Positions 43,117-52,657 are shown, counted from the stretch's first letter. The stretch: DNA of 64,000 bases from an uncultured Gemmatimonadales bacterium (GCA_963798915.1 CAWCVB010000011.1:1-64000), one strand, 5' to 3'. A program made the numbers and translations. Notes: a model not told the origin generated them from the sequence alone.

Positions 43117-44514
43117 ATGGATTCCGTCGCCACGGCTCAGTTGGCCCTGCACACGCACTTTGGCTTTGCCGATTTCCGGCCGGCGCAGCGCCCGGTGGTC
43201 GAGAGCGTAATGTCCGGCCATAACACTCTTGCGGTGCTCCCGACGGGCGCGGGCAAGTCAGTCTGCTTCCAGGTTCCGGCCGTGGCGCTTGGCGGGCTGA
43301 CCGTCGTCATCTCCCCCCTGATATCGCTCATGCAGGACCAGGTCGGCGCTGCGCGGAGCCGGGGCATCGCCGCCGAACATTTGGCAGGAGAGCTGGAGCG
43401 CGATCGACTCGACCACCTGCTGCGCGATGCGCGCAACGGGCAGCTCTCACTCCTCTACGTGTCGCCTGAACGCCTTCCCATGCTGGCATGCCGGGCCTTT
43501 GCCGGCGGCGTCCGGGCTCGGCGGCTGGCTGTGGATGAAGCCCACTGCATCAGCGAATGGGGCCATGACTTTCGTCCGGCGTTCCGGTGTATTTCCCAGG
43601 CGTCGGAGCTGCTCGGGCGTCCTCCGATTGTGGCGCTCACCGGGAGCGCCACCCCGCGCGTGCGTGGCGACATCGTGGCCTCGCTGGCTCCGGGGGGCGC
43701 GGCGTTCCAGGTGCATCTGGCCTCGTTTGACCGGCCCAACCTCTGGTTCGGAGCGTGCCGTGTTCCCCGCGAGCCCGACCGATTGCCCATGCTCCGTGCC
43801 CTGCTGCGCCGGGACGAGACGGCCATCGTCTACGCCTCCACTCGCCGGTCAACCGAGAAGCTGGCTCGGGCGCTGCGTTACGCCGGTCATGTGGCCGAGG
43901 CGTATCACGCGGGGCTCTCCCGGGAGCGGCGGGACGCGTGCCTGGACCGGTTCCTGCGCGATGAGATCCGGGTCGTGGTCGCCACGTCCGCATTCGGCAT
44001 GGGGATCGACAAGCCGGGCGTTCGCCGGGTGGTGCACTGGACCATTCCTCCCACACCGGAGTCCTACTATCAGGAGGCGGGTCGGGCCGGCCGGGATGGT
44101 GCGCCGGCGCGATGCTACGTCCTGTTTGCGCGCGGAGACGCCGAGATCCACCGTCGCCAGCTGGAGGTCACGTTTCCGCCCCGCAAGGTTCTCCGGGCGC
44201 TCTGGAGCGGCGTGCTTGCGCCAGAGCGGGTCACAGCCGGGGTCCGCAGCTCCGCCGAACGGCTCCAGAAGGAACTCGATGGATCTTCGGATGCGGACGG
44301 ATGGCGACGCATCGACCATCGACGGGAAGCGGCCCTTGCCCGGCTCGATACCATGGCGCGGTATGCGGCGGGAACACGGTGCCGCCGTCGAGCGCTGGTT
44401 GGATATTTCGGCGAGCGACAGGACGGGTGCAGCGGCTGCGACGTCTGCGAAGGGCCCCGAAGTGCGCGGGTAGTGCGGCTCTGGAGCAAAGTGCGATCGC
44501 TTGGCGGAAGCTGA
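43117..44514 (+). CDS. recQ: RecQ family helicase, short form
   Basis: FRPAQ, PTGAGKS, VDEAHCISEWGHDFRP, ATSAFGMGIDK, QEAGRAGRDG, Zn site C..CSGCDVC. Confidence 0.9.
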   Translation: MDSVATAQLALHTHFGFADFRPAQRPVVESVMSGHNTLAVLPTGAGKSVCFQVPAVALGGLTVVISPLISLMQDQVGAARSRGIAAEHLAGELERDRLDHLLRDARNGQLSLLYVSPERLPMLACRAFAGGVRARRLAVDEAHCISEWGHDFRPAFRCISQASELLGRPPIVALTGSATPRVRGDIVASLAPGGAAFQVHLASFDRPNLWFGACRVPREPDRLPMLRALLRRDETAIVYASTRRSTEKLARALRYAGHVAEAYHAGLSRERRDACLDRFLRDEIRVVVATSAFGMGIDKPGVRRVVHWTIPPTPESYYQEAGRAGRDGAPARCYVLFARGDAEIHRRQLEVTFPPRKVLRALWSGVLAPERVTAGVRSSAERLQKELDGSSDADGWRRIDHRREAALARLDTMARYAAGTRCRRRALVGYFGERQDGCSGCDVCEGPRSARVVRLWSKVRSLGGS

Positions 44515-44533
44515 GGCGTACGCCGTGCACATT

Positions 44534-44561
44534 GGTCGTCGGGCGTCGGGCGTCAGTCGTC
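44534..44561. repeat. 7-bp tandem repeat, 4 degenerate units
   Basis: GGTCGTC GGGCGTC GGGCGTC AGTCGTC just after the recQ stop. Confidence 0.6.
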
Positions 44562-44673
44562 AACGGCGAGTTCACGCTGAAGACCTGGAGCAGGCGATGA
44601 GGCGAGCTTGCGCGGGGCTTCGGTCCCTTCGCTTCGCTCAGGTTGACACTTCCGACGAGCCGACGTCGCGTCC

Positions 44674-45831
44674 TTATTCGCGCTCAGCTACCCGGTAGAT
44701 CCGTCCCGAGGCATACACCACGTAGACCTCGCCGTCCGCGTCTTCGCCGAGGGACACGGCATTATCAGTGACGCCGTTCACCAGCGGGGCCGCCAGCTCG
44801 GGATAGGCCTCCACCGGGCCGGCCGTCGTCGTGCGGAAACTGCGTACCCAGCCACCGCAGAAGTCGCTGTAAAGATAGGTTCCGCGAAGCGTCGGGAAGG
44901 CCCGGCCGCGGTAGACGTAGCCACCGGCCACGGCGCAGGCATTGACGTGGGAGTACTGGACCACCGGAGTGACCAGGCCGGCCGATTCACAACCGACGGC
45001 CGGCTGATAGCAGCCATCGCCCTCCATGAACGGCCACCCGAAGTTGTTGCCGCCCTCAATCGGTGCAGCCAGAAAGTTGATTTCTTCAGTGCTTCCCTCG
45101 CCCACGTCGCCGATGTAGAGGTCGCCGGTGCTGCGGTCAAAACTCCACCGCCAGGGGTTTCGCAAGCCCAGCTGCCAGATCTCCTTTCGCCAACCTGGGC
45201 GATTCACGTAGGGATTATCGGGCGGAATTGCGTAGGGCGTCGCGCCATCGACGTCGATCCGCAGCATCTTGCCAATCCACGATCCGCTGTCCTGGGCAAG
45301 ACTCAAGGGCCCGCCGCCGTGGTCGCTGTCGCCAAAGGCAAAGTAGAGCTTGCCATCCGGTCCGAATGCGACCAGCCCGCCATAGAGCACCGCCGTCACC
45401 GGCTGCGCCTGCGACAGGATGGGCTGTTCCGACGCCGGGCTGGCGGTGTCGAAGTCAGGGTTCGCGGTGAAGGCAGAAAGCTGTGAGTTGCCGGCGTTAT
45501 CCACATAGTAGATGAAGAAGCGCCGGTTCGTGGCGTACGCCGGATGGAAGGCGAGGCTGTAGATGCCGTATTCATGGCCGCCGCCGGTCAACGCGCTCAG
45601 GTCGATGAAGGGCGTGGGCAGCCGCTTCCCATCCTTGCGCAACCAGATGATCCCGCCGCGCTCAACCACCATCATCCGGCTTTTGTCGCCCGGTGGACTG
45701 GTCACGTACACCGAAAAGTCATAGCCGCTGTCCACCGGCACCAGGGTCAGACTGGTGGGTGGGGGAGGGTTCTGTTCGGTGGCGCAGGCGGCGACGATCA
45801 GAAACGGAATGAGGCGATAGAACCGCTGCAC
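44674..45831 (-). CDS. PQQ-dependent glucose/sorbosone dehydrogenase family lipoprotein
   Basis: GGAGG then GTG 45831; lipobox VAAC; LAFHP, FGPDGKLY, GKMLRID, GLRNPWR, GDVG, NFGWP. Confidence 0.85.
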   Translation of the reverse strand: MQRFYRLIPFLIVAACATEQNPPPPTSLTLVPVDSGYDFSVYVTSPPGDKSRMMVVERGGIIWLRKDGKRLPTPFIDLSALTGGGHEYGIYSLAFHPAYATNRRFFIYYVDNAGNSQLSAFTANPDFDTASPASEQPILSQAQPVTAVLYGGLVAFGPDGKLYFAFGDSDHGGGPLSLAQDSGSWIGKMLRIDVDGATPYAIPPDNPYVNRPGWRKEIWQLGLRNPWRWSFDRSTGDLYIGDVGEGSTEEINFLAAPIEGGNNFGWPFMEGDGCYQPAVGCESAGLVTPVVQYSHVNACAVAGGYVYRGRAFPTLRGTYLYSDFCGGWVRSFRTTTAGPVEAYPELAAPLVNGVTDNAVSLGEDADGEVYVVYASGRIYRVAERE

Positions 45832-45944
45832 GCGTCCTCCAGGAGGAATTGCCCGACGCTGGCGCAAGGGTGGGACCGTTATATTGAACGCGACTACGGT
45901 CGGCCCGCTGGCCGCCTTTTACGTAACCCTCGACCCCGACCAAC

Positions 45945-47162
45945 ATGGACCTCTCGCTCTACTTCACCGAGCAGCACTACCAGGTGCGCGACATGGTGCG
46001 CGAGTTCGCGCAGTCTGAAGTGGCACCGGTGGCTGCCGAGCTGGATCGCACCAGCGAGTTCCCCTGGGACAATGTCCGGAAGATGGGAGAACTGGGGCTG
46101 CTTGGCGCACCCTGGCCGGAGGAGATGGGCGGTGCCGGGCTCGACCAGCTCTCCTATTACATCGTCATCCATGAGCTGGCCAAGGTGGATGCGAGCCACG
46201 GCCTTACGGTGAGCGCGCACACCAACCTCGGTACGTCGCCCATTGTCGAGTTCGGTACGGACGAGCAGCGTAAGCGCTTTGTCCCGCTGCTTGCCTCGGG
46301 CAAGATTCTTGGCGGCTTTGGTCTCACCGAGCCCGGCGCCGGCAGTGACGCGGGCGGCACCGCCACCATCGCTGAAGATAAGGGCGACCACTTCCTGCTG
46401 AACGGCGCCAAGATCTTCATCACCCATGCCGGCGTGGGCGAAGTCTTTTCGGTCACGGCGCGTACGGAGCCGGGCAGCGGAAACAGGGGCATCTCCAGTT
46501 TCATCGTGACCAAGGACGCCGTGGACCTGGCCGCATGCAAGGCCGCCGGCGTGGGGCACGCGCCCGACCTGCCCAAGACGCCGGGCGTTCGTGCTGGCAA
46601 GAAGCAGGAGAAGATGGGCTGGCGGGCCAGCGACACTCGCGAGCTGATCTTCGAGAACGCGGTGGTCCCCAAGGAGAACCTCCTGGGTGAACGGGGTCGC
46701 GGGTTCGTCAATTTCCTGAAGACCCTGGACGGCGGTCGGATCGGGATCGCGGCCCTGTCGCTGGGCATTGCCGAGGGCGCCTACGATGCCGCGCTCGACT
46801 ACGCCGGGGTGCGCAAGCAGTTTGGCAAGCCGATCGGCAGCTTCCAAGGGGTCCATTTCCAGTTGGCCGACATGGCCATGGAGATCGAGGCCGGCACCCA
46901 CCTCCTCTACCACGCGGCCTGGCTCAAGCAGCACGGGAAGCCGTTCAAGAAGGAAGCGGCCATGGCCAAGCTGTTCTGTTCCGAACTGGCCATGCGGGCC
47001 ACCACCAAGGCGGTCCAGATCTTTGGCGGCTACGGCTACACCACGGAATACCCGGTGGAGCGCATGATGCGGGACGCCAAGGTCTGCGAGATCGGGGAAG
47101 GGACCAGCGAGATCCAGCGGATCGTCATCGCCCGCCAGATTCTGGGCGACGTGGTCTCCTGA
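45945..47162 (+). CDS. Acyl-CoA dehydrogenase (short/branched-chain type)
   Basis: FGLTEPGAGSDA, NGAKIFIT, TLDGGRI, RKQFG, FGGYGY, EIGEGTSEIQR. Confidence 0.92.
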   Translation: MDLSLYFTEQHYQVRDMVREFAQSEVAPVAAELDRTSEFPWDNVRKMGELGLLGAPWPEEMGGAGLDQLSYYIVIHELAKVDASHGLTVSAHTNLGTSPIVEFGTDEQRKRFVPLLASGKILGGFGLTEPGAGSDAGGTATIAEDKGDHFLLNGAKIFITHAGVGEVFSVTARTEPGSGNRGISSFIVTKDAVDLAACKAAGVGHAPDLPKTPGVRAGKKQEKMGWRASDTRELIFENAVVPKENLLGERGRGFVNFLKTLDGGRIGIAALSLGIAEGAYDAALDYAGVRKQFGKPIGSFQGVHFQLADMAMEIEAGTHLLYHAAWLKQHGKPFKKEAAMAKLFCSELAMRATTKAVQIFGGYGYTTEYPVERMMRDAKVCEIGEGTSEIQRIVIARQILGDVVS

Positions 47163-47191
47163 TTGCCGTAACTTCCATTATTTCCTATCTT
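47163..47191 (+). promoter_or_regulatory. Putative sigma70 promoter of rne/rng
   Basis: TTGCCG-N17-TATCTT in an AT-rich patch ~150 nt upstream of the TTG start. Confidence 0.6.
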
Positions 47192-47339
47192 TAGACGTCA
47201 ACTGGCTGCTGGCCGGCCGACGCCCTGGTCCCCGAGCGGGAGGGCCGTCGCCGGTCGGAGCCGTCATTCCAGACTTCGCATCGAGCGGATTCGCAGCGCG
47301 CCTTTGGGCGCGGGTGCCACAGGTCCGCCGAGGTGACCC

Positions 47340-48980
47340 TTGAAGCGCGAGATTCTGATCAACGGCAGCCAACGCGAAACCCGCGTGGCCATCCTCGAAG
47401 ACGACCGCCTGGTTGAACTCCTCATCGACAGGCCTGACCGCCGGCGAATCGTCGGTGATATCTACCTGGGCCGGGTGGAAGCTGTGCTGCCCGGGATCCA
47501 GGCTGCCTTTGTCGATATCGGCCTGGAGAAGAGCGCCTTCCTGCACGCCTCGGATCTCCTCGAGCCGGAAGACGAGGACGAGGAGCCGGTCGATCCCGAA
47601 GAAGAGAATGCGGAGGCCGATGAGGCCGAGGCCGCGCTGGAGTCGGGCGAAGGCGGCACCGATGAGGCCGAGCCGCCACGCCGGAGCCGCCGGGGCCGTA
47701 ATGGCAGCGGCGAACGCCATTCCCGCCACGCCGTTCCCAACATCCAGGACATCCTGAAGAAGGGGCAGAACCTTCCGGTGCAGGTCACCAAGGAGCCCAT
47801 CAGCACCAAGGGCTGCCGCGTCACCGCCCAGATTTCGCTGGCTGGCCGGTTCCTGGTCTACATGCCCTATGGCTCCAAGGTGGGCGTCAGCCGCAAGATC
47901 GAGAGCAGGGAACAGCGCGGCAAGCTGCGCGAGATGGTCACCAGGATCCTGCCGAAGGATGCCGGCGGCGTCATCGTCCGGACCGTCGCCGAGGGTGTGA
48001 CGGAAGAGCATTTCCGGCGCGAGGTCGAGACCCTCATGAATCAGTGGCGGAAGGTCAACCGCAAGAAGACCTTCGTCCGCCGCGCACCGGCACTGCTCCA
48101 GCGCGAAACCAGCCTGACCCGTGGTCTCATCCGGGACGTATTCAGCAGCAAGGTGGATGCGCTCTGGGTGGACTCCAAGGAACTCCACCACGAAATCGAG
48201 CAGTACCTCGAGCAAGTGGACCCGGAGCTCATCCAGCGGGTCCACTTCTACGAAGACGCCACGCCCCTCTTCGACAAGTTCGACATCGAGAACGAAATCC
48301 GTGACCTCTTCAAGGCGCGGGTCGAACTGCCGACCGGCGGGTCGATCATCGTCCAGCCCACCGAGGCGCTGGTCAGCATCGACGTAAACACGGGCCGCTA
48401 CACCGGCAAGAAGGACCCGGAGAAGACCATTCTCCGGACCAACGTCGAGGCCGCGCGCGAGATCGCCCGCCAGATCCGCCTGCGCGACATCGGCGGCATC
48501 ATCGTCTGTGACTTCATTGACATGGAGTCGCGCCAGAACCGGGAGAAGGTGCTCCAGGAGCTGCGCATGCACCTGGGGCGCGACCGGGCCCGCACCAAGG
48601 CCTTCGCGGTGTCGGAACTGGGCCTGGTGGAGATGACCCGGCAGCGGGTGCGCCCGTCGCTGTGGCACACGCTCACCCGGGACTGTCCCACCTGCGCCGG
48701 CAGCGGCCGGGTCTTCACCCCGGAGGTTGTGTCCCGACGCCTGGAGCGGTCGCTGCGGCGCGCCGGCCACGAACACCGGGAGCGGCAGCTCACGGTGCGG
48801 CTCCACCCGGAGGTTGCGCTCTACCTCCTGGAGGAGGAGCCCCGGTTCCTGGCCCAGCTCCAGAAGGCAACCGGCATCGATCTCGAGCTGCGCGACGATC
48901 CCATGATGCGGCTGGACGAGTTCCGGATCATGAGCCGGCCCGCCGGGCGCGACGTGACCGATCTGTACGCGGTGGCGTGA
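47340..48980 (+). CDS. Rne/Rng family ribonuclease
   Basis: GDIYLGRV..VLPGIQAAFVDIG, QVTKEPISTKG, IVRT, IDVNTG, RLRDIGGIIVCDFIDM, CPTCAGSG. Confidence 0.93.
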   Translation: MKREILINGSQRETRVAILEDDRLVELLIDRPDRRRIVGDIYLGRVEAVLPGIQAAFVDIGLEKSAFLHASDLLEPEDEDEEPVDPEEENAEADEAEAALESGEGGTDEAEPPRRSRRGRNGSGERHSRHAVPNIQDILKKGQNLPVQVTKEPISTKGCRVTAQISLAGRFLVYMPYGSKVGVSRKIESREQRGKLREMVTRILPKDAGGVIVRTVAEGVTEEHFRREVETLMNQWRKVNRKKTFVRRAPALLQRETSLTRGLIRDVFSSKVDALWVDSKELHHEIEQYLEQVDPELIQRVHFYEDATPLFDKFDIENEIRDLFKARVELPTGGSIIVQPTEALVSIDVNTGRYTGKKDPEKTILRTNVEAAREIARQIRLRDIGGIIVCDFIDMESRQNREKVLQELRMHLGRDRARTKAFAVSELGLVEMTRQRVRPSLWHTLTRDCPTCAGSGRVFTPEVVSRRLERSLRRAGHEHRERQLTVRLHPEVALYLLEEEPRFLAQLQKATGIDLELRDDPMMRLDEFRIMSRPAGRDVTDLYAVA

Positions 48981-48989
48981 GGGGCAGGG

Positions 48990-49059
48990 GTCGACGGTCG
49001 ACGGTCGACGGTCGACGGTCGACCGTTGACCGTTGACCGTTGACTGTTGACTGTTGACC
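48990..49059. repeat. 7-bp tandem repeat, 10 units GTYGACN
   Basis: GTCGACG x4, GTCGACC, GTTGACC x2, GTTGACT x2, GTTGACC. Confidence 0.95.
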
Positions 49060-49134
49060 AGCCGGCACTTGACCCGCCTGGCACGCCGGAGCTAAATTGA
49101 ACGGCTAACGAATTTTCTGACACGGCGGGCACGC

Positions 49135-49449
49135 ATGTACGCAATCTTTCGGGCGCTGGGCAAGCAGTTTCGGGCGGAAAAAGGCAAGACGCTCCGGCTG
49201 CCGCTCATGGACAAGCAGCCCGGTGACAAGCTCACGTTTGACGAAGTCCTGCTTTCGTCCGACGGCTCGACCATCCGGGCCGGCGCACCGCTGGTGGCGG
49301 GCGCCGCGGTTGAGGCCGAGGTCCTGGGGCAGGTCAAGGGCGACAAGCTGTACATCTTCAAGTTCAAGCGGCGCAAGAACTACCGCCGCAAGACCGGGCA
49401 CCGGCAGAAGTACACCGAGGTCCGCATCACCGACGTGACGGCGGGATAG
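49135..49449 (+). CDS. rplU: 50S ribosomal protein L21
   Basis: [32 protein letters not shown]18-TAAATT upstream (49069-49098). Confidence 0.96.
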   Translation: MYAIFRALGKQFRAEKGKTLRLPLMDKQPGDKLTFDEVLLSSDGSTIRAGAPLVAGAAVEAEVLGQVKGDKLYIFKFKRRKNYRRKTGHRQKYTEVRITDVTAG

Positions 49450-49453
49450 GCGC

Positions 49454-49714
49454 ATGGCTCACAAGAAAGGCGTTGGCTCCAGCAAGAACGGACGGACCTC
49501 GAACCCGCAGTACCTCGGGGTCAAGAAGTTCGGCGGTGAACAGGTGGCGGCCGGCAATATTCTGGTCCGCCAGCGCGGCACGCGCTTCCATCCGGGCCAG
49601 AACGTGGGCAAGGGCAGCGACGACACGCTGTTCGCCCTGGTCGACGGAGTGGTCAAGTTCGAGTACAAGGACAAGAACCGGAAGAAGATCTCGGTTCTGC
49701 CTGCTTCAGCCTGA
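49454..49714 (+). CDS. rpmA: 50S ribosomal protein L27
   Basis: [29 protein letters not shown]. Confidence 0.97.
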   Translation: MAHKKGVGSSKNGRTSNPQYLGVKKFGGEQVAAGNILVRQRGTRFHPGQNVGKGSDDTLFALVDGVVKFEYKDKNRKKISVLPASA

Positions 49715-49734
49715 CCAGCCAGCAGCGATCCAGC

Positions 49735-49770
49735 ACGGCCCCGGCAATCAAGCCGGGGCCGTTTTGTTTT
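49735..49770 (+). terminator. Rho-independent terminator of rplU-rpmA
   Basis: ACGGCCCCGGC-aatcaa-GCCGGGGCCGT followed by TTTGTTTT. Confidence 0.9.
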
Positions 49771-49832
49771 GAAACACCCGGCTGGCGACTTCCGTCATAT
49801 CTTGGGTATGCCGCCTGAACCGGGGAGGAACC

Positions 49833-50219
49833 ATGGCGACCTTGTTTGACCGGATGAACCGAGAGTTCGAGGCGCTGGGCCGACGGGCCCAGGAAGTTTT
49901 TGATGAGAGCCGCGCACGCCTGGAACTGATGCGGCTTCGCAATCTGCGGGATGGCGCTGCCCGCGAACTTGGATACCTGTTTTACGAGCGTGAGCGTCAG
50001 CCCGAGAACGCCGAGCAGGGCCGCCTCGATGCCGCGCTGTTCAAGATGGACGACCTGAAGCACGAGATCGAACGAGTGGAGCAGCAGCTTGCCGTGGAGC
50101 GAGTGGAGAAGCAGGCTGAAGAAGAGCCCGAAATGGCGGCGGCCGGAGCAGCGACTGCCGAACCCGCCGGACAGCCGGATGCGACGGAGGGACCGCCACC
50201 AGCCGGCGAAACGATCTGA
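49833..50219 (+). CDS. Hypothetical coiled-coil protein
   Basis: GGAGG RBS; helical charged sequence with an acidic/Pro tail. Confidence 0.7.
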   Translation: MATLFDRMNREFEALGRRAQEVFDESRARLELMRLRNLRDGAARELGYLFYERERQPENAEQGRLDAALFKMDDLKHEIERVEQQLAVERVEKQAEEEPEMAAAGAATAEPAGQPDATEGPPPAGETI

Positions 50220-50234
50220 TGGCCCTGACCCCGC

Positions 50235-50906
50235 TCACAATTGAAGTCGCTCGGGATAATTGCCACAGAGCCCATCAACGCCGAGCGCAGCGAGCTTCGC
50301 TGCCTCGGCGCTGTCGTTGACCGTCCACGCAACAACCTCACCTGCCGCACGATGCACTGACTCAACCAGCGCCGCATCGATCATCGTCCATTCCTGCCAG
50401 AGCACTGAAGCGCCAGCTGCCCGCAGAGGTGCAGCCGGATCGACGAGGCGCGCCACCAGCAGGACTCCAGTTCGGAAATCTCGTGACGAGTCGCTGAGGC
50501 GGCGAATCAGGCGATGATCGAACCCGTGCACTCCGTAGCGCCCTGGTGCGGGCGCCTGGCGCAGCACCTCGGCGAGGAGCGACTCATGCTGCGAGGCAAG
50601 CTCCTTCACCTCAATCCAGACCTCATGGTTGCCGATCGCGGCGAGCGCCTCAGCCAGGGTGGGGATGGCCTCGCCATTCCCCAGGCGGTGAGCCCGCAGG
50701 CGGGCCCAGTGCAGCTGGCGAATCGCGCCCAGGCCCTGAACGTCGGCATCATGATGCACGACCAGCTCACCGTCCAGGGTGCCATGTATGTCCAGCTCGA
50801 CGCCGTCGGCCCCAAGTTCCGTGGCGCGGCGGAAGGCAGCGAGCGTATTCTCGAGGGCATGACCCGAGGCGCCACGGTGGGCAAGGACTCGCGGAGAGTG
50901 CGGCAT
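50235..50906 (-). CDS. Glycerophosphodiester phosphodiesterase
   Basis: AHRGAS, ENTLAAF, ELDIH, HHD, IEVK, WTVN. Confidence 0.92.
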   Translation of the reverse strand: MPHSPRVLAHRGASGHALENTLAAFRRATELGADGVELDIHGTLDGELVVHHDADVQGLGAIRQLHWARLRAHRLGNGEAIPTLAEALAAIGNHEVWIEVKELASQHESLLAEVLRQAPAPGRYGVHGFDHRLIRRLSDSSRDFRTGVLLVARLVDPAAPLRAAGASVLWQEWTMIDAALVESVHRAAGEVVAWTVNDSAEAAKLAALGVDGLCGNYPERLQL

Positions 50907-51002
50907 GAGGGGAGAAATATACTGCAGCCCTCAACCGGCTTAACAATTCCGTCGATCGCACGTCTACCTCCTGAAGGTCACCACCGATGGAGGGGAGGCA
51001 GC

Positions 51003-51624
51003 GTGACGCACACGATGAAGACACGGTGGAACACCGTCCATCTGCCCGCGATAAAGGGGGCATGAGCTGAGAGCCGCCGCCGCCCGTCCCGCGACTGATC
51101 CCGCATCCGATGCCGACCTGGTTGCCGCGTATCACGCCGGCAGCGAGCCGGCGGCGGCGGTCCTGGTCGAGCGTCACGCGCCGGCCATCGCGCGCCATCT
51201 CTACAGCAGTGGCGCCGGGACGAGCGAGCTGGACGATCTGGTGCAGGAAACGCTCTTTCGGGGCTTTCGGCGACTGGCATCCTGGCGTGGCGAAGCGAGC
51301 CTCCGCACCTGGCTGCTCAGCATCGCCGGCAATGTGCTTCGTGATGAGGCGCGCCGGCGGCGGGGCAGGGTGATGCTGTCGCTCGAAGGCCAGGAGCCAG
51401 CAGCCAGTGCCACGCCGGCCAGCGAATTCACGATGCGCGACACGGTCGAACGGCTGCGGCATGCCATTGCAGCGCTTCCTCGTCTGCAGCGCGAAGTGTT
51501 CCTGCTCCGCTCCCAGGAAGGGTCGGATTACGCCGCGATTGCCCTGGCGCTGGGCACGACTTCCGCCGCTGCACGAGTCCACTACCACCATGCAGTGCGA
51601 CGACTGAAGGATGTGATTGCATGA
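51003..51624 (+). CDS. ECF sigma factor (probable +1 error in G-run 51056-51060)
   Basis: Region 2 DDLVQETL..SLRTWLLSIAGN; region 4 LPRLQREVFLLR..YAAIA. Removing one G joins it to GTG 51003, which has a GGAGG RBS. Confidence 0.85.
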
Positions 51625-52130
51625 CGACGTGTAGCGCACTCTCAGACGCCATGCCCTCGGTTGCGCATGGGCGCCGCGCGTGGACGGCAGACGAGGCCAC
51701 GCACTTGCGCCAGTGTCCTGACTGCGCCGGCGAGTGGCGCCTGGTCCTGGCCGCGTCGCAGCTGGCCGCACCGCCCGGCGAGCCCGCCAACCCCGCCGAG
51801 TTGACGGCGCGCGTGCTGGGTCGGCTGCGCACTGCTGAACGAAGGCATGCCCAACGATGGGTGATCGCCGGGCTGGCTGCCGCCGTCCTTGCGATGGGGG
51901 TCTTCGGGGTGCTCTCAAGGACATCACCGCGGCGGCCAGCGGGGGCAACGGACGCCGCCGGGCTGGTGCTGCCGGCGCTGGACACCCTGTCGGAGCCGGC
52001 ATTGACGTCGGTGCTCGATGGACTGTCCGGCCCAATGCTTGACCTGCCCGCCGACCAGGCCCGCACTGACCTGGCCGCACTGGACTCGACCGGACTGCAG
52101 CTCGTCCTCAAAAATCTGGAGGGAATATGA
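51621..52130 (+). CDS. Zinc-binding (ZAS) anti-sigma factor, single TM
   Basis: HLRQCPDC (Hx3Cx2C), central TM, ATGA overlap with the sigma gene. Confidence 0.8.
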   Translation: MTTCSALSDAMPSVAHGRRAWTADEATHLRQCPDCAGEWRLVLAASQLAAPPGEPANPAELTARVLGRLRTAERRHAQRWVIAGLAAAVLAMGVFGVLSRTSPRRPAGATDAAGLVLPALDTLSEPALTSVLDGLSGPMLDLPADQARTDLAALDSTGLQLVLKNLEGI

Positions 52131-52657
52131 AAAGGTACATCGCCATGGCGCTGCTCTTCGCCGGCACCGCCGGCGCCGGGGCACAGACGCCCGATTCCGT
52201 GCCCAGGAGTGATCGTGCTGAACACCAGGTCATCACTGAGCAACGGCGGGTGGTGGAGCAGCAGCGCCGCGTGCTGCGCGAGGAGCGCCTTCGAACCCGT
52301 ATCCAGGAGCGCTTCACCCAGCGGGTGGCCGAGTCGCTGGAGCTGCAGCAGGACCAGCTGACCCGGCTCCGTGCCACCAACGCGCGCTTCGGGGCTCGGC
52401 GAGCGGAGCTGGAGCGGAACCTCGTCCAGCTGCGTCAGTCGCTCAGGAGCGAACTCAAGCCGGGCGTCGCCGCCAATGACGACAGCGTCTCACGGGTCGT
52501 CGACCGACTGTTGCAGGCCCAGCTCGAGCGTGCCCGGATTGAGCAGGACGAAATGAAGGAGCTCTCCTCGTTCCTGAGTCCGGTGCAGCGGGCCAAGTAT
52601 CTCATCATGCAGCAGCGGATGCGGCAACTGATCGAGGAGGCGGCTGACAAGCGATAG
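52127..52657 (+). CDS. Periplasmic Spy/CpxP-like helical protein
   Basis: Signal peptide; LELQQDQL and LSPVQRAK resemble LTxxQ motifs. Confidence 0.65.
   Translation: MKRYIAMALLFAGTAGAGAQTPDSVPRSDRAEHQVITEQRRVVEQQRRVLREERLRTRIQERFTQRVAESLELQQDQLTRLRATNARFGARRAELERNLVQLRQSLRSELKPGVAANDDSVSRVVDRLLQAQLERARIEQDEMKELSSFLSPVQRAKYLIMQQRMRQLIEEAADKR

Noticed and set aside
48990..49059. Repeat array as CRISPR
   Set aside because: 7-bp contiguous units, no spacers and no cas genes.
51003..51070. 20-aa leader peptide plus ATG-AGC-TGA mini-ORF ahead of the ECF sigma, or phase variation at G5
   Set aside because: Removing one G gives a continuous sigma ORF, matching the +1 error pattern elsewhere; G5 is short for phase variation.
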